64,000 nucleotides of DNA from Octopus vulgaris. Taxonomy: Eukaryota. The position numbers were made by a program, and so were the translations under genes. The first letter of the stretch is position 1, and the number at the start of each line of letters is the position of its first letter. Below the pieces are notes generated by a model, which was given only the letters and a program-made list of their open reading frames with translations, searched no databases and was not told where the DNA came from. This document shows, in pieces, positions 26,388 to 64,000 of the stretch. Location: contig OX597824.1 of assembly GCA_951406725.2 (NCBI GenBank), forward strand, positions 67,642,001 to 67,706,000, given 5' to 3'.

Positions 26388-26551
26388 TAGGTGCAGGCGT
26401 AGCTTTGTGGTAAGAAGTTTGCTTCCTAGTCACATGAGACCTGGATGAGTTCCACCACGTAGCACCTTGGGCAAGTGACTTCTATTATAGACTCGGGCCG
26501 ACCAAAACCTTGTGAGGGGATTTGGTAGACGGAAACTGAAAGAAGCCGTTC

Positions 26552-26553
<2 letters not shown>
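26388..26553 (+). mobile_element. Family-2 SINE 5' half
   Basis: taggtgcaggcgtagctttgtggtaag...ccttgggcaagtg...gaaagaagccg. Confidence 0.75.
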
Positions 26554-26639
<86 letters not shown>

Positions 26640-26644
26640 TATTA

Positions 26645-26922
26645 TTTCAATCATTAGACTACGGTCATGTTGGACCGCTAACTTAAAAAAATTGTGGAAT
26701 GTATCGACCACAATACTAAATTTTTAAAGCCTGGTACTTAGTCTATCGGTTTGTTTTACCGACCCGCTTAGTTACGGGGACATAAACACACGAGAACCGG
26801 TTGTCAAGCGGTAGTGGTGGACATCGCAGACTGAAAACACACACACGCATACATACACATACACATATATACGAGGCGTTTCTTTCAGTTTCCGTCTACC
26901 AATTTCATTCACAAAGCTTTGG
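26645..26922 (-). mobile_element. Family-2 SINE fragment
   Basis: Shares gggacataaacac...ggttgtcaagc...tttcagtttccgtctacc. Confidence 0.7.
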
Positions 26923-26925
26923 TTA

Positions 26926-27689
26926 TCACTTTTAATTTTATCTCTATAGCTTTTCTATAGAGTTCAGAACCAGCAGCACGAGTTATGACGCTTCGTATAC
27001 AAATACGTCAGTGTAAACAATAAGATCGAAGAAAGAGCAAATGGGTGTACCCATTGCCAAATTTTTCGATCACACTGTTTACTTTAAATGACATTGAAAA
27101 ACTATGTTTTCAAAGTTATGTCAAGCTCCATATATGGGTTCGCACTTGATGAAGGCAAATCTATCCTTAGAAATAGTGACAATACCAGAAATGTTGAAAA
27201 ATAGACATCTGAGTTTGTGGAAAAACTTGACGCGATAGAGAAAAATGGATTTCACTTTCGAAATCAGTACCCCAGAATTAGTAGGAAACATGTCTCCAAA
27301 ATCAGAGAAATAAAACCCTGCTCCCCAAGTGAAAACCTGTTATGAAGTGGATGGAAGCATTAAAATATGGGAATCTTAATAATTTGGAAAGATTTGAGAA
27401 TGGACAGATCTAAATGAAATTATTTACCAATAATACTGTAAAAGGAACAAAACAATTGTAAATTGTAAAATCTCTGTAGATTTTCTATATAATTCAGATC
27501 CAGCACCACAAGTTACGACGTTTCGTATATAAATGCACCTATGTAAGCAATGCGATCGTAGAAAGAAAAAATAGGCGATGGGTATACCCATTTGTTCTAT
27601 CTTCGATCATATTGTTTACACTGACGTCATAACTCGTGCTGCTGGCTCTGAACTCTATAGAAAAGCTATAGAGATAAAATTAAAAGTGA
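26926..27689. repeat. About 65-bp near-perfect inverted repeats enclosing an about 150-bp direct repeat (non-autonomous DNA-element-like)
   Basis: 26926-26990 is the reverse complement of 27625-27689; 26940-27080 resembles 27470-27620. Confidence 0.75.
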
Positions 27690-29277
27690 AAATATCGCAT
27701 TCCTAACACAAAAGTAAGATAAATATTGAATTGGTAGCATATTGTTAATGCAAAACGAATTACTGTGCCCTTGCTAGTGACTAATATTAAGCATATACGT
27801 ATAAGAATTAAGAAAGAATAAATATTATTAATTGTTGTATATTGGATTATATTTTATTTAATAGAAAGTAAAGTTCAAGATCAGTGATATTTCGTTGGAT
27901 GGTTTTGTAGGATTCCAGGACTTCAACAAAATATTGGAGAAACGTCTGCAAGGTCTAAACCACTTTGAGTAGGTACCCAAGAAATTTGTAGAGGCTTTTT
28001 TAGAACGGAATAATGTCACATTTTCCGCGATCCCAATCATTATCGCTTCTATTAGCGATTTATCAACAATCATTTTTGCTTAAAACTTTCCACCAAATAT
28101 CTCTTCCTTCTTTGATATATTATATTTCTGTGTTTCTATCTCTACTCCAGTAGTCGTTTTCACTGTCGGGACGATAAAGGACCGACGATACAAGACCGAC
28201 AATAAAAGACCGACAAATATCATTTTTTAAAAGATCTTTTAGTCATTTTATTTTATATTTTGATATTTATTTTCTTGTTTTTATTTTTTAAATATGACCT
28301 CCAATTCATAGACTATGGTTTGAGCGAGATTGGATGTTTGTTTATCCAAGTACACTTATCAACGATCGACTTCATAGCTTCGCTGACTAAAATATTTCTA
28401 ACGTTTTCGATGTCATTTTCAAGAAGCCTCCGTTGAAGATAGTTTGTATGGGCAGTTGCATGTAAAATGTAGGTCCCGAATCCGCAGGTTCTTTCCCGAT
28501 ATTAATTTCAATGAATAAATTGTAAAAGCTGGGCAAACCGAATAGTTTAGGAGCTAGCGTTACTAAATTTGGTGTTCAATGAAAACGAGTGTATTTAATC
28601 GCATTTTTCAAAAAGGTTTTTGCTTAATGTATGATTATAATACAATGCAATTAACTAAAATATCGGATATTATTTTTCGCTGGTAAAAATGCGCTTCTAA
28701 TTCTTTCTTGATTGTGTCCTTTTATCCATCTTGGGTAAAATCTTCCTATTCCCGTTGAAACCTTCCGAGTGGACTTTTCCGATCTCTTGAATATTGCATG
28801 TCAAAGTGAATTACTCAGCAGAAGTAGCAGACCGATATATACATCTGAATATGATAAGTCAAACAAGACTCTAAGTTCCATGATATTGTAGGATCGCTCA
28901 GGTGACAGAATGATGAACATTCTGGATAAAATAGTACAATTTTCATATTTCCTTATATAAAGAATCTATCAGATGATTAGCCCTTCAGTGCCTAATCATA
29001 TAAGAAACTTATTCCCAGCTTTTTACATATAATATACATCATATGATATAATACAATATAGTATAATATAATATAATATAATATAATATAATATAATATA
29101 ATATGATATAATATAATATAATATAATATAATATAATATAATATAATATAATATATAATATAATGTAATGTGATATATGTATATATACATACACACATCA
29201 CTTCAACATAGACTACGTGTTCTGAATTTGTATAAACGTAATTTTACTGATTGAGGCTACAGATTATATTGATTATC

Positions 29278-59693
<30,416 letters not shown>

Positions 59694-59952
59694 CTTATCT
59701 TCGTTGATGTAAATTCCACAGTTCGTCGATTCGTTTTCCTATATATATAAACAGAGTGTGTTTCTTTGTACGTGTGTTTGTATGTAGCTTTTGTATGTGA
59801 TCTTTCTACATGTTTGTAATATTTCAAATGGATTTCATGCAAATTAGAATGTAACTAGTTTGAATCTGTTTACTCTAGCAAACCTATGCCGTGGAATATA
59901 ATTTAGAAATTAAACTAGTACAAAATTTATATAAATGTCAACACATTATTTC

Positions 59953-60000
59953 AATACATTTACATGAACAAACAAAAACGTTTGTTCATGTAAATGTATT
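59953..60000. repeat. Perfect 21-bp hairpin with 6-nt loop upstream of copy B
   Basis: aatacatttacatgaacaaac-aaaaac-gtttgttcatgtaaatgtatt. Confidence 0.9.
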
Positions 60001-60729
60001 TAACTAATTATTTAACTAACTACGATATAAAAGTTTTTCTCGGTCTTTATGTTCTTAAGCAAAAACATGTGTATTAAATATGAACATGATTTTCGGCTTA
60101 TATTTGACAATTGTAATAAGTTGACATTGTTTGAGAATGCTTTTGGGCGCCTAAAAGTATGAGCACGATGCCTCGTTGAATTGTGAACGGAACCAGTTTA
60201 GAGTCTCCAGTGTAATTCTCTTTATATTCAGAGTGCCGATCTGACATCCAGGTCCACAAAGTTTACCCTTAACTGTTGAACTAAACTCTTTTGTAAAAAC
60301 TACCATTCCATGCGATCCGGATCGACTGAATAACTTGTACACCTCGTAATCAACCAGGAACACATAACTATCATGCTTGGAGTTTTTGATCTAATGTTAT
60401 TAAGTAAGTAACCTTGCTTGTAAAACGACATATCAAGTAGAGAAGAAAATGGAGTAGGATATATTTTCTTGCATTCTGAAATCAAGTTGTTGTCTTCTAT
60501 ATATATATATGTGTATGTGTGTGTGCATGTGTATATATAAAATTGTTTAAACAAATATTATTTGCGATCAAAATTTGTACAGTAATTTCAGAGTAAAACC
60601 TCTCACTACTGTTTGCTTGCATTTAGAGTCACTGACTGTCACTCACTGCCACTCCGTTTGTTGTTTTAGTTTCCCTAAAGTAGCGTGACAGACAGATTAC
60701 GCATTGCATATTATTCTATGTAAAATATA

Positions 60730-62341
60730 GAACAGTGTTTATTAGTCTACAAGTGAGATAAATTCTCCTTAAGCAATAAGATTGAGGACACTGAATGTGA
60801 AAAATTGTTATTGTGTAGATAGAAGAATTAAAAATCGTGACTCATAATACTCAAGTTACTAATAAGATATACTAATAAGAATTAAGAAAGAATATACATT
60901 ATTCAAATGTTTTTATATTGGATTATGTTTTAGTTAACAGGAAGTAATGATCAAGATAAGTGATATTTCGTTCAATAGATTTTTAGGATTTCAAAATTCA
61001 ACAAAATATTGGAGAAACACCTGCAAGTTCCAAACCACTCTGAGTAGAGATTTACGTAGTGTGACTAGGCTTTTGTACAGCGTAATAAAGTCACCTTTTC
61101 TGCGGTCCAAATCATTATCACTTCTCTTTATGATTTATCAACGACCTGTTGCTTACGACTTTCCTCCAAACATTTCTTTCTTCTTTGATAGATTATATTT
61201 CTGTGTTTCTGTCTCTACTTTTCTGGTTTTTCATTATCTGGACGATAAAGGACTGACAAATATCATTTTCTAAAGATCTTTTGGCCATTTTATTTTATAT
61301 TTTGGTATGTACTTCCTTGATTTTGTTTTATACAACACTTTTACTGCATAGATTATTGTTATCGCTTAAGTAAATTTTAGCATTTGTCCATCCAAATGCA
61401 CTTATCAATCATAGATTTTTATAAACGAAATAGATTTTATAGTTTTGCTGATAAAATATTTCTGATATTTTGGATGTCATTTTCAAGCAGACTCAGTTGA
61501 AGATGGTTTTATATGATTGGTTGCATGGAAAGTGTTGGTCTTTGAATCCACATGTTCTTTTTTCCGATATTAATTTTCTCTAGAGAATTGCAAAATATAG
61601 ACGAACCAAATAGATTTGTGGGCAGCATTTTTAAATGCTTTTCGCTTTTGGCTCAAATCGTTTAACTAAGTCGTCTCCCGGTTCTTGTGGAAGACTTCTG
61701 AGTGGCTTCTTCCGATCTCAGTAAAAGTGTAGATTTATTTATCTGAATTTGATAATTTACCAGATTCTGTTTCATGACATTAAATGCTTACTCATGTGAC
61801 AGAGTGATGAACATTCTGGATAAAGTAGACCTATATTCATATCTCCTTATATGAAGAATCTATTACAATTTGCCCTTCACCACCTAATTGCATAAGAATC
61901 TAATTCCCAGGTTTTTAGATATAGTAAGCAATATATAATATAATATGATATAGTATAATATACGGTAATGTAATATAATGTAACATATGTATGTATATAA
62001 TGTATATGTATGTATATAATGTAACATATGTATATAGTAGCAACAGAAAAGAGGAATTTCGATTATCCCCACGTGGTGAGTTGTAATGTATATGGAGTTG
62101 AATGCAGATGTTATTCAAGTTCTTTTACTTTCGACATATGATTCGAAGACAACATTGGATTTATTCCAAAGAAATAAACGTTCAACTCCATTTATTTACT
62201 TATACTATACAAATTATCGCACATTAACCCGGAGTTTGTACCTTTGAATACATCCTTGTTACTTGCGTGAATTTTGCTACCCTGGTAACTGTTTACTGAA
62301 TTTTCCGTGTTAACTGTAAACAAAATATAATTCATTCATCC

Positions 62342-62384
<43 letters not shown>

Positions 62385-62500
62385 TACACATATCACTTCG
62401 ACATACACCACGTATTTTGAATTTGTAAGAAATGTAATCTTACTATTTGAAACTACGAATTATAGAGATTATCTCATTCTCTTTATGGTATAGTTTAGAT
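60730..62500 (-). pseudogene. Remnant of a third SLC22 unit (C): 3' UTR/flank plus last 9 codons of the terminal exon
   Basis: Colinear with about 27700-29304. 62474-62500 reads ATC TAA ACT ATA CCA TAA AGA GAA TGA versus ATT TAC ACT ATA TCC CAC AGA GAA TGA in B. Homology then stops. Confidence 0.65.
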
Positions 62501-62899
62501 GTGCTAGAAGCAACAGTCAAATCTACCCAAAGTTACACACCTTTTCGTCAGAAAGTTATTTTGGAATTATAAATAGAAACAAATTGCAGATTCGGAGCGT
62601 CTGTATTTTAAAACTTTCATTTTAAAATGCTTCGAAAAAAGACGAAATCATAGGATTTATGGAGGAGCGTTGATAACACAACGTAACAATTTAAAAAAAA
62701 AAAAATGTTTATTGTATTTTTTTTTAATTGTTTATCAAACCATTTTTTCTGCTGATTCCAAAACTGAAATTATTTTTTTTTGTATCATCAACAGTTAAAA
62801 AATATATGTTGACTTTCAATGTTATTATATATTCGGTATTGTTATAATGTTCCGCTACTAAATGTATGTCTAATTTTCTCTTTCAGACCAATTACTAAG

Positions 62900-63505
62900 T
62901 TCTGCTACTTTCAGAATAGCTACTAGAGTATGTAAAAATTTTCCAGATACATTTCGCTATGTGTGTGGTTATTAGATTGGAAAAAAAAGGTATTACATAA
63001 GATCGTGAAAGGTGCCAAATTGTGGATAGCGTAGAGACTATTTCGGAATGCCCATGGGTGACCTGGACAAACTATGGGCCCCACATATGATATGTGGAAG
63101 CTGTCGATCTACTCTAAAAGGAGGGTTAAGATGTACAGAAAGGTCAATGCCTTTTGCCATTCCAAGGTTATGGAGAGAACCAAAGAACCATCACGATGAC
63201 TGTTATTTTTGTATGATCGATGTGACAAAGTACAGAAAAGTGAAAGGAAGACAAGCTCTTCAGTATCCAGACATACCATCATCTAGAGCACCTGTCCCAC
63301 ATGATAACCGTTTACTAGTACCACTACCACCAGAAAATATTTCATCTGAAGAGTCAACAAGTAGCAGCAGCCAAGATATGGAGGAAGCTTTCGTACCAAG
63401 AACGACTTCGGAGACTCAGTTTTCAAATTGGAGTGAGCTAGATGATTTAATCAGGTTCTGGGTCTTACTAAGTCAGGAGCTGAACTTCTTTGATCAATGT
63501 CGAAA
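62900..63505 (+). mobile_element. Chapaev3/CMC-like transposase N-terminal fragment, cut by CR1
   Basis: GDLDKLWAPHMICGSC...MPFAIPRLWREPKNHHDDCYFC. Confidence 0.72.
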
Positions 63506-64000
63506 TTAGTTAGTTAGTTAGTTAGTTAGTTAATTTGGCTCAAAAGCAAATAGCAAGGCCATGTAGTTGAACATGGAGTTAAGTACAGGGTGGTGTTCAT
63601 GTAAAGTGTTCAGGCCACTTGAGGTCCAGGGAGGCTTTGAACAAAGCGGTCGTCGGCATCTTCACCATCTTGTCTGGCAGCTTGTTCCACGGATCCGCAA
63701 CCCGGACGGAGAAAGCTCCTCTCCTTCGATTGAGATGAAATCGTCGCAGGTAGAGCTTTTCGGAATGACCCCGCAGCCGACGCTCTGGAGCAGGAGTGAA
63801 GAACAGCTCTTTCGAGAGGTTACACTTTCCGCTTATGATGTTGTGGGCGAGAATGAGATCACTACGGCGGCGGCGTTTTTCAAGAGAATAAAGGTCGAGC
63901 GTCCTCAGCCTTTCTTCGTAGGACAAATTTTTGAGACCATGAACCATGCGGGTAGCCAGCTTCTGGACTCTTTCGAGATGCTGTATGTCTTTGAGGAGAT
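63506..64000 (-). mobile_element. CR1/L2-group LINE 3' end, runs off window
   Basis: LSYEERL..LDLYSLEKRR.RSDLI...RGH...FSVRV...WNKLP; (AACT)n tail. Confidence 0.88.

Noticed and set aside
28165-28215. Short aagaccgac repeats as a CRISPR-like array
   Set aside because: Eukaryotic context, 13-14-nt period and no spacers; probably a transposon subterminal repeat.

Overview
AT-rich, microsatellite-dense animal genomic DNA. The SINE families look like those of Octopus, but this is inferred from memory and not checked. The only host genes are a minus-strand tandem array of SLC22 (MFS organic ion transporter) paralogs, reconstructed by hand from GT-AG boundaries. Copy B is complete (10 exons, 29278-59693, 572 aa). 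Copy A has exons 1-9 (1848-20563) and its last exon lies left of the window. A third unit (C) is visible only as 3' flank plus a disrupted terminal-exon tip (about 60730-62500). Introns and spacers hold mostly copy-specific mobile elements: tRNA-SINEs, mariner, maT and Tc1, MULE, Chapaev-like, Helitron, Tx1/L1, CR1, (AAT)n-targeting R4/Dong-type elements, Penelope/Naiad remnants and a solo LTR. The most striking unexplained signal is a set of type-I hammerhead ribozyme motifs. One sits in a composite element of inverted tRNA-like heads, an (AAY)n linker, a hammerhead and a repeat tail (56867-57265), which may be a Pol III-driven, Penelope-mobilised SINE/retrozyme hybrid. Most ORFs in the supplied track are microsatellite artefacts.
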